Source: an uncultured Clostridia bacterium (GTDB lineage Bacteria > Bacillota > Clostridia > Christensenellales > CAG-138). From it: DNA of 64,000 nucleotides. Position numbers and translations under genes: made by a program. Numbering within the stretch: the stretch's first letter is position 1; each line of letters starts with the position of its first letter. Where the stretch lies: contig CALGGM010000042.1 in the NCBI GenBank assembly GCA_937915925.1, forward strand, positions 21,791-85,790, in the 5' to 3' direction. The notes beneath the pieces are model-generated. The model saw only the letters and a program-made list of their open reading frames with translations, did no database searches and had not been told where the DNA came from. Shown here in pieces: positions 8,651 through 18,588 of the stretch.

Positions 8651-9849
8651 AGCCTGTCTTTTCGGTACATGAGCTGACCGAATACGTCGATCTGCTGCTC
8701 GGATTCGATCCGAATCTCAAGGAGCTTGCCGTGGAGGGCGAGCTTGAGGGCGTCAAGCGGCATGCCTCCGGGCATTTGTATTTTACGTTAAAGGACGAGC
8801 TTGCGTCGGTCAACTGCGTGATGTTCCGCCAGTACGTGAACGGACTTCGGTTTCTGCCGAAGGATGGACAGCGCGTGCGGCTTGCTGGCAAGGCGACGCT
8901 GTATCAGCGCGACGGACGCTTTCAGCTGATGGCGACCGGACTGGTGCAGAAGGGAAACGGATCGCTGTTTGCCGCGTTTGCCGCATATAAAGAAAAACTT
9001 TTAAAGCTCGGCTGGTTCGACGAAGCCGCGAAAAAGCCGATCCCGTTTCTGCCCCGCGCGGTCGGGCTTGTAACGAGCGCAAGCGGCGCGGCGCGGCACG
9101 ATGTGCAGACGGTGATCGGACGGCGCTTTCCTTCGATGCCGATCGTGTTCTACCCGACCGCCGTACAGGGCGAGGGCGCGGCACAGGAGATCGCGAACGC
9201 GATCGATCGCGCGGACGCCGAACAGCGTTGCGACGTGCTGATCGTCGGACGCGGCGGCGGGAGCATGGAGGACCTGTGGGCGTTCAACGAGCCGCCGGTC
9301 GCCGAAGCGATCCACCGCTGTTCGATCCCGGTGATCTCAGCGGTCGGACACGAGACCGACGTGTCCATCAGCGATTTTGTGGCGGACCTGCGCGCGGCGA
9401 CGCCGTCGGCGGCAGCAGAACTTGCCGTGCCGGAATTTGACGCGCTGACGTCGTCACTGCACGCGGTGGGGAACCGCCTGTCGAACGCGCTGCAGAACGG
9501 GTTAAATCGCAAGCGCGACCGGCTGTCGGTGCTTTGGGGCGACGCGGCGAAGCTGCGCCTTGAACGCGCGTTGGAACAGCGAAGAGTCGCCTTGGACGAT
9601 GCGCGAACGTCGATCGCAAGGAATTGCGAAAACGCGCTGCAAACGCAGCGGCACAGACTGGAGCGCGAAACGGAACGCCTCTTTGCGTACAGCCCGCAGC
9701 GCACCTTGGAACGCGGCTTTGCGTTGATCGCGAAGCCGGACGGAACGGTCGTTTCTTCCGCAAAACGGCTGGATATGAACGATGCGGTTTCGATCCGCTT
9801 TGCGGACGGAACGGCACAGGCGACGATTACCGGAAAGGAATCCGTATGA
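8638..9849 (+). CDS. xseA: Exodeoxyribonuclease VII large subunit
   Basis: N-terminal OB-fold block (VEGELEGVKRHASGHLYFTLKD), a GRGGGS block and a coiled-coil C-terminus. It is followed by xseB. Confidence 0.95.
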   Translation: MDELKPVFSVHELTEYVDLLLGFDPNLKELAVEGELEGVKRHASGHLYFTLKDELASVNCVMFRQYVNGLRFLPKDGQRVRLAGKATLYQRDGRFQLMATGLVQKGNGSLFAAFAAYKEKLLKLGWFDEAAKKPIPFLPRAVGLVTSASGAARHDVQTVIGRRFPSMPIVFYPTAVQGEGAAQEIANAIDRADAEQRCDVLIVGRGGGSMEDLWAFNEPPVAEAIHRCSIPVISAVGHETDVSISDFVADLRAATPSAAAELAVPEFDALTSSLHAVGNRLSNALQNGLNRKRDRLSVLWGDAAKLRLERALEQRRVALDDARTSIARNCENALQTQRHRLERETERLFAYSPQRTLERGFALIAKPDGTVVSSAKRLDMNDAVSIRFADGTAQATITGKESV

Positions 9850-10037
9850 ACGAACTGACTTTTGAACAGAAACAGGAACAGCTCGAGGCGATCGTTCAGA
9901 AGCTGGAGAGCGGCAACGTTCCGCTCGAGGAGATGATCCGCCTGTATGAGCAGGGCGAGGAGATCTACCGCGATTGCGCAAAGACGCTGGATGCGTACGA
10001 GAAGCGCCTCAGCGAGCTTGAAAAGGAGAACGCGTAA
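9846..10037 (+). CDS. xseB: Exodeoxyribonuclease VII small subunit
   Basis: 63 aa, FEQKQEQLEAIVQKLESGNVPLEEMIRLYEQGEE. ATGA overlap with xseA. Confidence 0.93.
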   Translation: MNELTFEQKQEQLEAIVQKLESGNVPLEEMIRLYEQGEEIYRDCAKTLDAYEKRLSELEKENA

Positions 10038-10831
10038 TGGAATCCGTGGAACGCATCGAACAGGCGCTGACCGCGTATATGGATGCGGACAGCTCTGCAC
10101 CGCTGTTGAACGAAAGCATGCGCTATAGCCTTTTAGACGGCGGCAAGCGCATCCGTCCGCGGCTGCTGCTGCTCGTGACGGAGCTTCTCGGCGGCAGGGA
10201 AGCGGACGCCATGCCGTTTGCCTGCGCGCTTGAAATGGTCCATTGCTATTCGCTGATCCACGACGATCTTCCGGCGATGGACGACGACGTGCTGCGCAGA
10301 GGCAAGCCGAGCAGTCATGTGAAATTCGGAGAGGGAAACGCGATCCTCGCGGGCGACGGGCTGCTGACAAAGGCGGGGCTTCTGCTGATGTCGCAGGACG
10401 GCTTTGACGGCGCGAAGCGTGCGATCTTCGAGGGCGCGTACGCCATGGTCAGCGGACAGAGCGACGATCTGAACCTTCAGGAACGCAGCGCCGAAACGCT
10501 CGAACGCATTCACCTGAACAAGACGGGCGCGCTGTTCCGCGCGGCGTGCGTTGCGGGCGCGTATCTTTCGGATCCGTCAAAGGCGGAAGCGATGCGTGCG
10601 TTCGGCGATACGCTCGGTCTGCTGTTCCAGATGACCGACGATCTTTTGGATGAAGCAAAGGATCGCGAAGAGGGCAAACTGACCTATGTGACCTTTTACG
10701 GACGCGAGGACACCAAGGCGTTTATCGACGACGCGGCAAAGCGCGCCGAATCGATCCTTGCGCCTTACGAGGGAGAAGCGGCGGACACGCTGCGCGCGCT
10801 GATTCTGAAACTGCGGAGTCGAACATACTGA
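10037..10831 (+). CDS. ispA: Farnesyl/geranyl diphosphate synthase (polyprenyl synthetase family)
   Basis: First Asp-rich motif LIHDDLPAMDDD and second motif FQMTDDLLD. TAATG overlap with xseB. Confidence 0.92.
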   Translation: MESVERIEQALTAYMDADSSAPLLNESMRYSLLDGGKRIRPRLLLLVTELLGGREADAMPFACALEMVHCYSLIHDDLPAMDDDVLRRGKPSSHVKFGEGNAILAGDGLLTKAGLLLMSQDGFDGAKRAIFEGAYAMVSGQSDDLNLQERSAETLERIHLNKTGALFRAACVAGAYLSDPSKAEAMRAFGDTLGLLFQMTDDLLDEAKDREEGKLTYVTFYGREDTKAFIDDAAKRAESILAPYEGEAADTLRALILKLRSRTY

Positions 10832-10832
10832 T

Positions 10833-12662
10833 ATGAGTTATCCGATTCTGGATACGATCAACGGAATACAGGATTTGAAGGCACTGCGCGAGGATCAGCT
10901 TCCCGCGCTGTGTGATGAACTACGCGATTTTTTGGTCGAGCACGTTTCAAAGACGGGCGGGCATCTCGCGTCGAGCCTCGGCGCGGTCGATCTGATCGTG
11001 GCGATGCACTACGTGTTCGACAGCCCCAAGGACAAGCTGGTCTTCGACGTCGGGCATCAGTCGTACGCGCATAAGATTTTAACGGGACGCAGGGACGCGT
11101 TTGACACGCTGCGCAAGGAGGACGGGATCTCGGGCTTTCCGAAGTTCAGCGAGAGCGAGCACGATGTCTTCAATACGGGACACGCGAGCACCGCGATTTC
11201 CGCGGCGCTCGGGCTTGCGCGCGCCATGCGACTGAACGGCGACGATCACATGGCGGTCGCCTTGGTCGGCGACGGCGCCATGACGGGCGGACTGTCGTTT
11301 GAAGGGCTTGACGACGCGGGCAGGGACAAGCTGCCGCTTCTAATCATCTTAAACGACAATCAGATGTCGATTTCGGAAAACGTTGGCGGGCTCAAGGATT
11401 CGCTTACCTCGATGCGAACGAACCGCACCTATAACGCGTTCAAACGCTGGCTTACCGGCGTGTTGGAAACGAGCCGGTTCGGAAAGTTATTAAGCCGGCA
11501 CATGGAGCATTTCAAAAACCGCGCGAAGCGGTTCTTTGCGCCCAATCTTCCATTTGAGGAATTCGGGATTCTGTATCTCGGTCCGATCGACGGACACGAC
11601 GTCAGAAAGGTCGTGAAGTATCTTCGCCGCTGCAAGGAGCTGAACAAGCCGATGATCCTGCATGCGATCACCACAAAGGGGAAGGGTTATCCGTTCGCGG
11701 TCGAGAATCCGGAGAAGTTCCACGGGATCGCGCCGTTCGAGATCATGACCGGCAAGGTCAGTCCGGAGCGGCAGAAGACCTGCTCCGAGGTGTTCGGCGA
11801 GACGATGCTGCGGCTTGCGAAGGAGAACGAAAAGCTCGTCGCGATCACCGCGGCGATGCCGAGCGGGACGGGCTTGACGCCGTTTAAGGAGACGTATCCG
11901 AACCGCTTCTTCGACGTCGGGATCGCCGAAGCGCACGCGGTCACGATGGCGGCAGGGCTTGCGCGCGGCGGGATGCGCCCGGTCGTTGCGCTGTATTCGT
12001 CGTTTTTACAGCGCGCGTACGATTCGGTTCTGCACGACGTTTGTCTGCAAAATCTTCCGGTCGTGATCGCGGTCGACCGCGCCGGACTGGTGGGAGCGGA
12101 CGGTGAAACGCATCAGGGCATCTTCGATCCGGCGTTCCTTTCCACCATGCCGAACCTCGTTGTGTACGCCCCGTCGTCGCAGGCGGAGCTTGCCGCGATG
12201 CTGGAGATGGCGGTCTCGAGAAAGGAACCGAGCGTCGTTCGCTATCCGAGAGGATCGCTGCCCGACGTACCGATGAAGAATAAGCTGTATTTTCGGGAGT
12301 GGGAGATCGCGGAGCCGCTGCAGGACGTGGTGATCGTCGCGCACGGAACGCTGCTGCCGCTTGCGCGATGGGTTGCAAAGAAGAACGGCGCGGGACTTGT
12401 GAACGCGCGGTTTTTGCAGCCGCTCGACGAGGAGATTGTCGCGTATTTCAAGGAGAATCATACAAAGCTGTTGGTATTGGAAGAGAACACCGTATCGCTC
12501 GGCGAGAAGCTTGCGCTTGCCGCAAACCCGTGCCGCGTCCGTTCCGTCGCGCTGCCGACGGAGCCGATCGCGCAGGCTTCGGTCGCAAGACAGCGCGAGA
12601 AGTACGGCTTCAATGAGGAAACGATCACAAAGGCGCTGATGGCGTTAACGGAGGAAGCATGA
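10833..12662 (+). CDS. dxs: 1-deoxy-D-xylulose-5-phosphate synthase
   Basis: 609 aa, ThDP motif GDGAMTGG...NDN and the GHQSYAHKILTGR block. Confidence 0.96.
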   Translation: MSYPILDTINGIQDLKALREDQLPALCDELRDFLVEHVSKTGGHLASSLGAVDLIVAMHYVFDSPKDKLVFDVGHQSYAHKILTGRRDAFDTLRKEDGISGFPKFSESEHDVFNTGHASTAISAALGLARAMRLNGDDHMAVALVGDGAMTGGLSFEGLDDAGRDKLPLLIILNDNQMSISENVGGLKDSLTSMRTNRTYNAFKRWLTGVLETSRFGKLLSRHMEHFKNRAKRFFAPNLPFEEFGILYLGPIDGHDVRKVVKYLRRCKELNKPMILHAITTKGKGYPFAVENPEKFHGIAPFEIMTGKVSPERQKTCSEVFGETMLRLAKENEKLVAITAAMPSGTGLTPFKETYPNRFFDVGIAEAHAVTMAAGLARGGMRPVVALYSSFLQRAYDSVLHDVCLQNLPVVIAVDRAGLVGADGETHQGIFDPAFLSTMPNLVVYAPSSQAELAAMLEMAVSRKEPSVVRYPRGSLPDVPMKNKLYFREWEIAEPLQDVVIVAHGTLLPLARWVAKKNGAGLVNARFLQPLDEEIVAYFKENHTKLLVLEENTVSLGEKLALAANPCRVRSVALPTEPIAQASVARQREKYGFNEETITKALMALTEEA

Positions 12663-13480
12663 CAAAGGTTCGTTTGGACGTCGAAATGGTCACGAGAGGA
12701 CTTTGCCCCTCGCGCGAGAAAGCGCGCGCTTTGATCCTTGCGGGGGAGGTCCGCGTGAACGGCACGCGTGCCGACAAGGCGGGACAGGAGATCCCCTCTG
12801 ACGCGGAGATCACCGTAGTCGAGGACGCGATCCCGTTCGTCAGCCGCGGCGGACTGAAGCTCGACAAGGCGATCAAGGTATTTCCGATCGACCTTCATGA
12901 TCGAGTGTGCGCGGACATCGGCGCGTCCACGGGCGGGTTTACCGACGTCATGCTGAAAAACGGCGCGAGCCATGTCTACGCGATCGACGTGGGGTACGGA
13001 CAGCTCGACTGGTCTCTGCGTAACGATCCGCGCGTCACCGTGATGGAACGCACCAACGCAAGGTTTATGACGCCGGATTGGTTCCCGACGCCGATCACGT
13101 TTGCTTCCATCGACGTCTCGTTTATCTCGCTCCGGCTGATCCTGCCGCCGCTGTTCGAAAGCCTTTCGGAGAGCGGAGAGGTCGTGGCGCTGATCAAGCC
13201 GCAGTTTGAGGCGGGACGTTCCGAGATCGGAAAAAACGGCGTCGTGCGCGATCCCGCCGTCCATGAGCGCGTGATCCGCGAGACGGTCTCGTTTGCTTCC
13301 GAAGCCGGTTTTGACGTCTCGGGGCTCTCATTTTCGCCGATCACCGGGCCGAAGGGCAATATAGAGTTCCTTTTATACATGCGCAAAGGCGGTCCCAAAA
13401 ACGACGCATCCCTGCATAAAATTTCGGAATCGATCCCGGAAGTGGTGAAAAATGCCCATCTTTTGGGAAAAAACAGTTAA
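12659..13480 (+). CDS. tlyA: TlyA family rRNA 2'-O-methyltransferase (S4 + FtsJ domains)
   Basis: RLDVEMVTRGL (S4), SRGGLKL and DIGASTGGFTDV (SAM-binding). ATGA overlap with dxs. Confidence 0.9.
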   Translation: MTKVRLDVEMVTRGLCPSREKARALILAGEVRVNGTRADKAGQEIPSDAEITVVEDAIPFVSRGGLKLDKAIKVFPIDLHDRVCADIGASTGGFTDVMLKNGASHVYAIDVGYGQLDWSLRNDPRVTVMERTNARFMTPDWFPTPITFASIDVSFISLRLILPPLFESLSESGEVVALIKPQFEAGRSEIGKNGVVRDPAVHERVIRETVSFASEAGFDVSGLSFSPITGPKGNIEFLLYMRKGGPKNDASLHKISESIPEVVKNAHLLGKNS

Positions 13481-13498
13481 AGTTTATTCATAAATTTC

Positions 13499-13527
13499 TT
13501 GCCATTTTTGATTTTCGCCTGTATAAT
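13499..13527 (+). promoter_or_regulatory. Sigma-A-type promoter for nadK-argR-recN
   Basis: TTGCCA, a 17-nt spacer, then TATAAT, 34 nt upstream of the nadK ATG (RBS AGGAGG). Confidence 0.7.
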
Positions 13528-13561
13528 GTATCCGTAATATTCACAGGTAGGAGGTTGCATT

Positions 13562-14347
13562 ATGCACCTTGTTTTTGCGGCGCACGCCCCAAAAGCATCG
13601 GTCGCGGCTACCTGCCGACGTATGATGACGATCGCCGGGAACGAAGGGTTCACATGCTCGCTGTTCGACGGCGAAGAAACTTTGAAGGATCCGGATCATT
13701 CCGTAATGATCGCCGTCGGCGGAGACGGAAACTTCATCCGTACCGCGCATGCGGCGTGCAGACTGCAGGTCCCGCTGTTCGGCGTGAACTGCGGACGCGT
13801 AGGCTTTTTGACCGAGTGGACGGAGGATCGCTTTCCGGAAGCGCTTTCGCTTTTACGGACGCAATCGTATGCGATCGAGGAGCGCGCAATGCTCTCGGTC
13901 AGCGTGAACGGGGAACCGGCGCGCAGCTGCTTCAACGATCTGCTCGTCTATAAAAGCTCGTTCTCCGGTGTCACCGAGCTCACGCTGGAGATCAACGGAC
14001 AGCAGATGGGGAACCTGTTCGGCGATGGGATCGTCGTCGCGACGTCGATCGGCTCGACCGGATATTCGCTTTCGGCGGGCGGACCGATCCTTGCGGACGG
14101 GCTCGATGCGCTTGTGGTCACGCCGATCTGCGCGCATACGCTGCATTTTCGTCCGACGGTCTGCTCCCTGGATTCGACCGTTGCGATCCGGATGGAGGGA
14201 AAGGGGTATCTGGCTGCGGACGGCGATCGCTTCGCAATGGTATCGCGCGGCGACCGTATCACCGTCACAAGGTCGGCAAGCGTCGTCAAACTGATGACGT
14301 TCCAAAAGAGAAATTTGTTCCGTTTGATTTCGGAAAAACTGATTTAA
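13562..14347 (+). CDS. nadK: NAD kinase
   Basis: GGDGN motif (AVGGDGNFIR), GVNCGRVGFL and the STGYSLSAGGPI block. Confidence 0.93.
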   Translation: MHLVFAAHAPKASVAATCRRMMTIAGNEGFTCSLFDGEETLKDPDHSVMIAVGGDGNFIRTAHAACRLQVPLFGVNCGRVGFLTEWTEDRFPEALSLLRTQSYAIEERAMLSVSVNGEPARSCFNDLLVYKSSFSGVTELTLEINGQQMGNLFGDGIVVATSIGSTGYSLSAGGPILADGLDALVVTPICAHTLHFRPTVCSLDSTVAIRMEGKGYLAADGDRFAMVSRGDRITVTRSASVVKLMTFQKRNLFRLISEKLI

Positions 14348-14365
14348 TGTTGAGGTAATGGAGTT

Positions 14366-14815
14366 ATGAAACCGAAAAGACACGCAATGATCCTGAAGCT
14401 GATCGCTGCCGAAAACATCGAGACCCAGGAGGAGCTCGCGTCGCTTCTGAGCGCGCAGGGCTTTACCGTGACGCAGGCGACCGTCTCCCGCGATATCAAG
14501 GAGCTTCGCCTCATTAAGGTGCTCACCGGCGAGGGTCGGTATAAATATGCAACCGTCGAAAAGGCGGAATCCGATCTGCAGGAGCGGTTCATCCGCCTGT
14601 TCGGAAACTGCGTCGTTTCGATCACGTCCGCGGGGAATCTGATCGTCGTGAAGACGATGGCGGGCAGCGCTGCCGTCGCGGCGGAAGCGATCGACTCGAT
14701 GAAGTGGCCCGAGATCGCGGGGTCGATCGCGGGCGACAACACCGTATTTGTCGCGGTGCGCGAAGGAAAGAACGTTTCCGATATTATTAAGAAGTTCCAG
14801 AAGATGATGAAATAA
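14366..14815 (+). CDS. argR: Arginine repressor
   Basis: RHAMILKLIAAENIETQEELASLLSAQGFTVTQATVSRDIKEL (winged helix) and a C-terminal GTIAGDDT-like block (GSIAGDNTVFV). Confidence 0.94.
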   Translation: MKPKRHAMILKLIAAENIETQEELASLLSAQGFTVTQATVSRDIKELRLIKVLTGEGRYKYATVEKAESDLQERFIRLFGNCVVSITSAGNLIVVKTMAGSAAVAAEAIDSMKWPEIAGSIAGDNTVFVAVREGKNVSDIIKKFQKMMK

Positions 14816-14826
14816 CGGAGGGCGTA

Positions 14827-16503
14827 GTGCTCACTCGTTTACATGTTCAGAATATTGCTTTGATAGATAAGTCCGACATTGCTTTCGATGCGGGCTTTTC
14901 TGTATTGACAGGCGAAACCGGCGCGGGCAAATCCATCCTCATCGAGTCGGTCAGCTTCGTGCTCGGCGAGCGCGCAAGCCGCGAGAGTATCCGCACCGGC
15001 GCGGACAAGGCGTCCGTCGAGGCGACGTTTCTGCTCGCACCCGATTCGCCGGTGAAGCGCCGTCTTGAGGAGACCGGCTTTGAACCGAGCGACGAACTGG
15101 TGCTGTACCGCGAGCTTTCGACGAGCGGACGAAACGTCTGCCGCGTGAACGGCACGCTGGTGCAGACGGCGGATCTGAAATCGATCGGGGATATTCTTGT
15201 CGACCTGCACGGTCAGCACGCGCATCAGTCGCTGCTGAACCCGGAAACGCATCTTGAACTGATCGACGCGTACGCAAAGAGCGACGCCGACGGGCTGAAA
15301 ACCGAGACGGAACGGGCACGGCAGGAAGCGATCAAGGCGGAGCACGATCTGACCGTTTTGAAGAACGGCATCCGCGAGCGCGAGCGCCGCATCGATACGC
15401 TTGGGTATCAGCTTAAAGAGATCGACGCCGTTTCTCCCGTCGAGGGAGAGGAGGAGCAACTGGAAGCGGACCGCCTGCGTATGCGCAATGCGGAGGAGAT
15501 CGTCGACGGGCTGAACGCCGCATACGACGCGCTGTTCCGCGACGGCGGCGTGCTGTCTGCGCTGACTGACGCAAGGGACGCGCTGAATCGGATCGGCGAA
15601 TACGATGAAGCATATCGGAAGCTTTCGGAGCGTACCGACGATGCGTATTATTCCTTGGAGGACGTCGCTTACGAGCTCAGAGACAGCCGCGACGCGTTCC
15701 GCTTCGATCCCATGCTGCTCGAGCAGACGGAGAGCCGCCTTGCCGCGCTGCAGGGGCTGAAGCGCAAATACGGCGCGACGGTCGCCGAGATCCTCGCGTA
15801 TCGCGAGAAGATCGAGAACGAATGGAAGCTGCTGGCTGACGGCGAGAATCAGATCGACGCATTGGAGCGCGCGTATCACGACGCGGTAAAGCGCTTCGGC
15901 ACGCTTGCGAAAAAGCTGTCCGAGCGCAGGAAAGCCGCGTCCGAGAAGCTGATGCGTGAGACGGTCGCGGAGCTGAACGACATGGGCATGCCGCACGCGT
16001 CGATGAAAACGGAGTTTACCGCGATCCCTGCGGAACAGCTTTCGGAAACGGGGATCGATTCCGTGTCGTTCCTGTTGTCCGCAAACCGCGGCGAGCCTCT
16101 AAAGCCGCTGATCAAGGTCGCAAGCGGCGGCGAAATGTCCCGCATTATGCTCGCAATGAAGGCTGCGCTGTCCGACGCGGACCGGATCGAAACGCTGATC
16201 TTCGACGAGATCGACACCGGCATCTCCGGCATGGTCGCTAACGCCGTCGCCAAGAAGATGCGTGCGCTCGGCGAAAAGCATCAGGTGCTTTGCGTCACGC
16301 ATCTGCCGCAGATCGCCGCCTGCGCTGACGCGCAGTACGTCGCCTATAAGTTCTCCGACGCCGAAAAGACGCACAGCGTCACGCGCAGGCTGACCGAGGG
16401 CGAGCGCCCGAAGGAGATTGCGCGGATCATGGGCAGCGACGAGAACGACGCCGCCGCAATGGAGCACGCAAAGCGCCTTCTGGAAACCGCCGCAAAGCAG
16501 TAA
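14827..16503 (+). CDS. recN: DNA repair protein RecN
   Basis: GTG start with RBS GGAGGG. N-terminal LTGETGAGKSI, a long coiled coil and a C-terminal ASGGEMSRIMLA...LIFDEIDTGISG block. Confidence 0.95.
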   Translation: MLTRLHVQNIALIDKSDIAFDAGFSVLTGETGAGKSILIESVSFVLGERASRESIRTGADKASVEATFLLAPDSPVKRRLEETGFEPSDELVLYRELSTSGRNVCRVNGTLVQTADLKSIGDILVDLHGQHAHQSLLNPETHLELIDAYAKSDADGLKTETERARQEAIKAEHDLTVLKNGIRERERRIDTLGYQLKEIDAVSPVEGEEEQLEADRLRMRNAEEIVDGLNAAYDALFRDGGVLSALTDARDALNRIGEYDEAYRKLSERTDDAYYSLEDVAYELRDSRDAFRFDPMLLEQTESRLAALQGLKRKYGATVAEILAYREKIENEWKLLADGENQIDALERAYHDAVKRFGTLAKKLSERRKAASEKLMRETVAELNDMGMPHASMKTEFTAIPAEQLSETGIDSVSFLLSANRGEPLKPLIKVASGGEMSRIMLAMKAALSDADRIETLIFDEIDTGISGMVANAVAKKMRALGEKHQVLCVTHLPQIAACADAQYVAYKFSDAEKTHSVTRRLTEGERPKEIARIMGSDENDAAAMEHAKRLLETAAKQ

Positions 16504-16516
16504 AACATACGGGCAG

Positions 16517-16541
16517 AAAGACCTCTTAGGAGGTCTTTTTT
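16517..16541 (+). terminator. Rho-independent terminator after recN
   Basis: aaagacctc / gaggtcttt stem with a 4-nt loop, followed by a T-run. Confidence 0.8.
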
Positions 16542-16589
16542 GTATGCTTTTTCGAAAATGAAGCACCATAGCACAAAAGGAGTGAAAAG

Positions 16590-17786
16590 ATGAAACGGAT
16601 TCTTCGTGCCGTGACCGCGGTTGCGGCGTTTCTTTTGTTGGGATGGTATGCGCTGCCGCAGGTCTATACAGCGCTGCATTTGCCGGATCGCGTATTCTCG
16701 GAGCCAGCGGTCTCTGCGCCGATGCTCTCGATGCGTCAAAGCGATGCGGCGCCGGTGCGCGGCTCGGACGATGAGCGCCTGCACCGCGCGGCAAGCGGGT
16801 CCGCGTCGGTCTCGCTGTTCGGCGTTCTGCCGCTCAAAACCGTTTCGGTGTCGGCGCATACAAAAACGGTTATGCTCGGCGGCGAAGCGGTCGGCGTCGT
16901 GCTGAAAACCGAGGGCGTACAGATCGTGGGCTTCGAGCGGGTCGAAACAGCGTGGGGCAGCGTCAGCCCCGCCGTGAGCGCAGGTCTACGGGAGGGCGAC
17001 ATGATTTGCGCGCTGAACGGACAGGCGGTCTCCGATTCCGACTCATTCGCCGCGCTCTGTGCTAAGTCGGACGGAACGTGCGTGCTGTCGTGCCTAAGGG
17101 ACGGGGAACCGTTTACGGCGTCCGTCGACCTTGCGATTGATCGGAACGGCGAGAAGCGAATCGGCGCGTGGGTGCGCGACAGCACGTCCGGGATCGGAAC
17201 GCTGTCGTTTTACGATCCGAGCTCGCGCGTTTATGCGGCGCTCGGACACGGCGTAACGGACGTCGATACGCAAAAGCTGATCGCGCCGGCGAAGGGCTTT
17301 CTGACGGAAGCCGAGATCCTTCGCATCCGAAAGGGCGATCATGAGACGGCGGGGGAGCTCGTCGGGCATTTTTCGGTGAACGCGAAGGACGCTGTCGCCA
17401 CGGTCGACCGCAATACCGAGCTCGGCATTTCCGGCACGCTCGGCGCATTTTCGGACGGGCAGGGGCGAACGGTCGAGATCGCGCCGGGCGACGCCGCGCA
17501 CAGAGGCGAAGCATACATTGTTTCGACGGTCGACGGCGAGACGAGGGCGTACGCCGTGCAGGTGATCCGCGTGGACGTGCAGTCCTCGCCGCAGACGCAG
17601 GGCATGATGATCGAGATCACGGATCCCGCGCTGCTTGAAAAGACCGGCGGCATCGTGCAGGGCATGAGTGGAAGTCCGCTTCTGCAGGACGGGCGACTCA
17701 TCGGCGTCGTCACGCATGTGTTCTTGAGCCACCCGACGCGCGGTTACTGCCTGTACGCGGAGTGGATGGCGGACGCGCTTCTTTGA
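16590..17786 (+). CDS. spoIVB: SpoIVB peptidase (S55)
   Basis: Signal-anchor N-terminus, PDZ-like segment (GLREGDMICALNG) and a GMSGSPL serine motif. The position downstream of recN matches Bacillus. Confidence 0.92.
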   Translation: MKRILRAVTAVAAFLLLGWYALPQVYTALHLPDRVFSEPAVSAPMLSMRQSDAAPVRGSDDERLHRAASGSASVSLFGVLPLKTVSVSAHTKTVMLGGEAVGVVLKTEGVQIVGFERVETAWGSVSPAVSAGLREGDMICALNGQAVSDSDSFAALCAKSDGTCVLSCLRDGEPFTASVDLAIDRNGEKRIGAWVRDSTSGIGTLSFYDPSSRVYAALGHGVTDVDTQKLIAPAKGFLTEAEILRIRKGDHETAGELVGHFSVNAKDAVATVDRNTELGISGTLGAFSDGQGRTVEIAPGDAAHRGEAYIVSTVDGETRAYAVQVIRVDVQSSPQTQGMMIEITDPALLEKTGGIVQGMSGSPLLQDGRLIGVVTHVFLSHPTRGYCLYAEWMADALL

Positions 17787-17874
17787 CTGTTCACAATTTC
17801 ACCGAGGGCGGTTACAGAATCCGGTAGACATTGCCGACCTTTTTCGGGAGAATACGGTCGAAAAGGAGAGGGAC

Positions 17875-18588
17875 ATGCGAATTCTGCTGCTGACCGCCGA
17901 CAAGATCATCACACACACCTTTTTGACCGCTTCGGAACGGATCGGCGATACGGAGCTTGTTCCGCTGACGCGGACGGAGCAGGCGTTGGAACGGCTGTTT
18001 CGCGAGCCGTTTGACGCGCTGATTACGGATCAATTCGGTATTCTGCATCCGCGCTTTTTTGAGCGTCCGATCCTGTGGCCCGAGCTGATCTTTCTTCTGC
18101 TCGGGAAATCCGGGATCCGTCTGCTGCCGAAAGCCGTGACGCACTGCTTTTCGTCCTCCGACGATCCGGAAGCGATCCTGCGCGCAGTCCGCTCCTTTTC
18201 CGGAGGACGGATGCGAAGGAACGATACGGACCTGACGGTATCGAGGCTTTTACAGCGGCTCGGTACGCCGGTCTCCCTGAACGGATTCGACTATCTCAGG
18301 GACGCGATCCTGTTGATCCTTTCGCATAACTGCATCACGGACGTTCGTCTGCTTGCCGATATCTACGGGGTGATTGCCGCGGTATACGGCGTCCGCATGA
18401 GCGCTGTCGAGCATGCCATGCGACAGGCGATCGACGCGGCGTGGGGACGCGGCGACGCGCAGACGATCGACTCATTTTTCGGCGATACGGTACATTCGGA
18501 ACGCGCCGCACCGTCCAATGCGGCGTTTCTGTTTCGGATCGCGGATCAAATACAAGTCGGATTAAGGGGGAGAACACATGTCGATTGA
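17875..18588 (+). CDS. Spo0A-like regulator: degenerate receiver-like N-terminal domain + Spo0A_C DNA-binding domain
   Basis: The C-terminal half aligns by eye to the B. subtilis Spo0A effector domain (GFDYLRDAI, SAVEHAMRQAIDAAWGRGD, PSNAAFLFRIADQI). The N-terminal ~120 aa have a REC-like layout but keep only some of the conserved residues (see finding). RBS AAGGAG. It sits in the syntenic spo0A slot after spoIVB. Confidence 0.75.
   Translation: MRILLLTADKIITHTFLTASERIGDTELVPLTRTEQALERLFREPFDALITDQFGILHPRFFERPILWPELIFLLLGKSGIRLLPKAVTHCFSSSDDPEAILRAVRSFSGGRMRRNDTDLTVSRLLQRLGTPVSLNGFDYLRDAILLILSHNCITDVRLLADIYGVIAAVYGVRMSAVEHAMRQAIDAAWGRGDAQTIDSFFGDTVHSERAAPSNAAFLFRIADQIQVGLRGRTHVD

Noticed and set aside
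16541-16589. Sigma-F/sigma-G-type promoter upstream of spoIVB (GTATG ... CATAGCA).
   Set aside because: The spacing (20 nt) and both hexamers deviate from the consensus as I recall it. I cannot support the call from sequence alone.
17787-17874. Sigma-H promoter or 0A box (GGTCGAA, GAGAAT) upstream of the Spo0A-like gene.
   Set aside because: These are only partial matches with unconvincing spacing. No exact TGTCGAA box is present.
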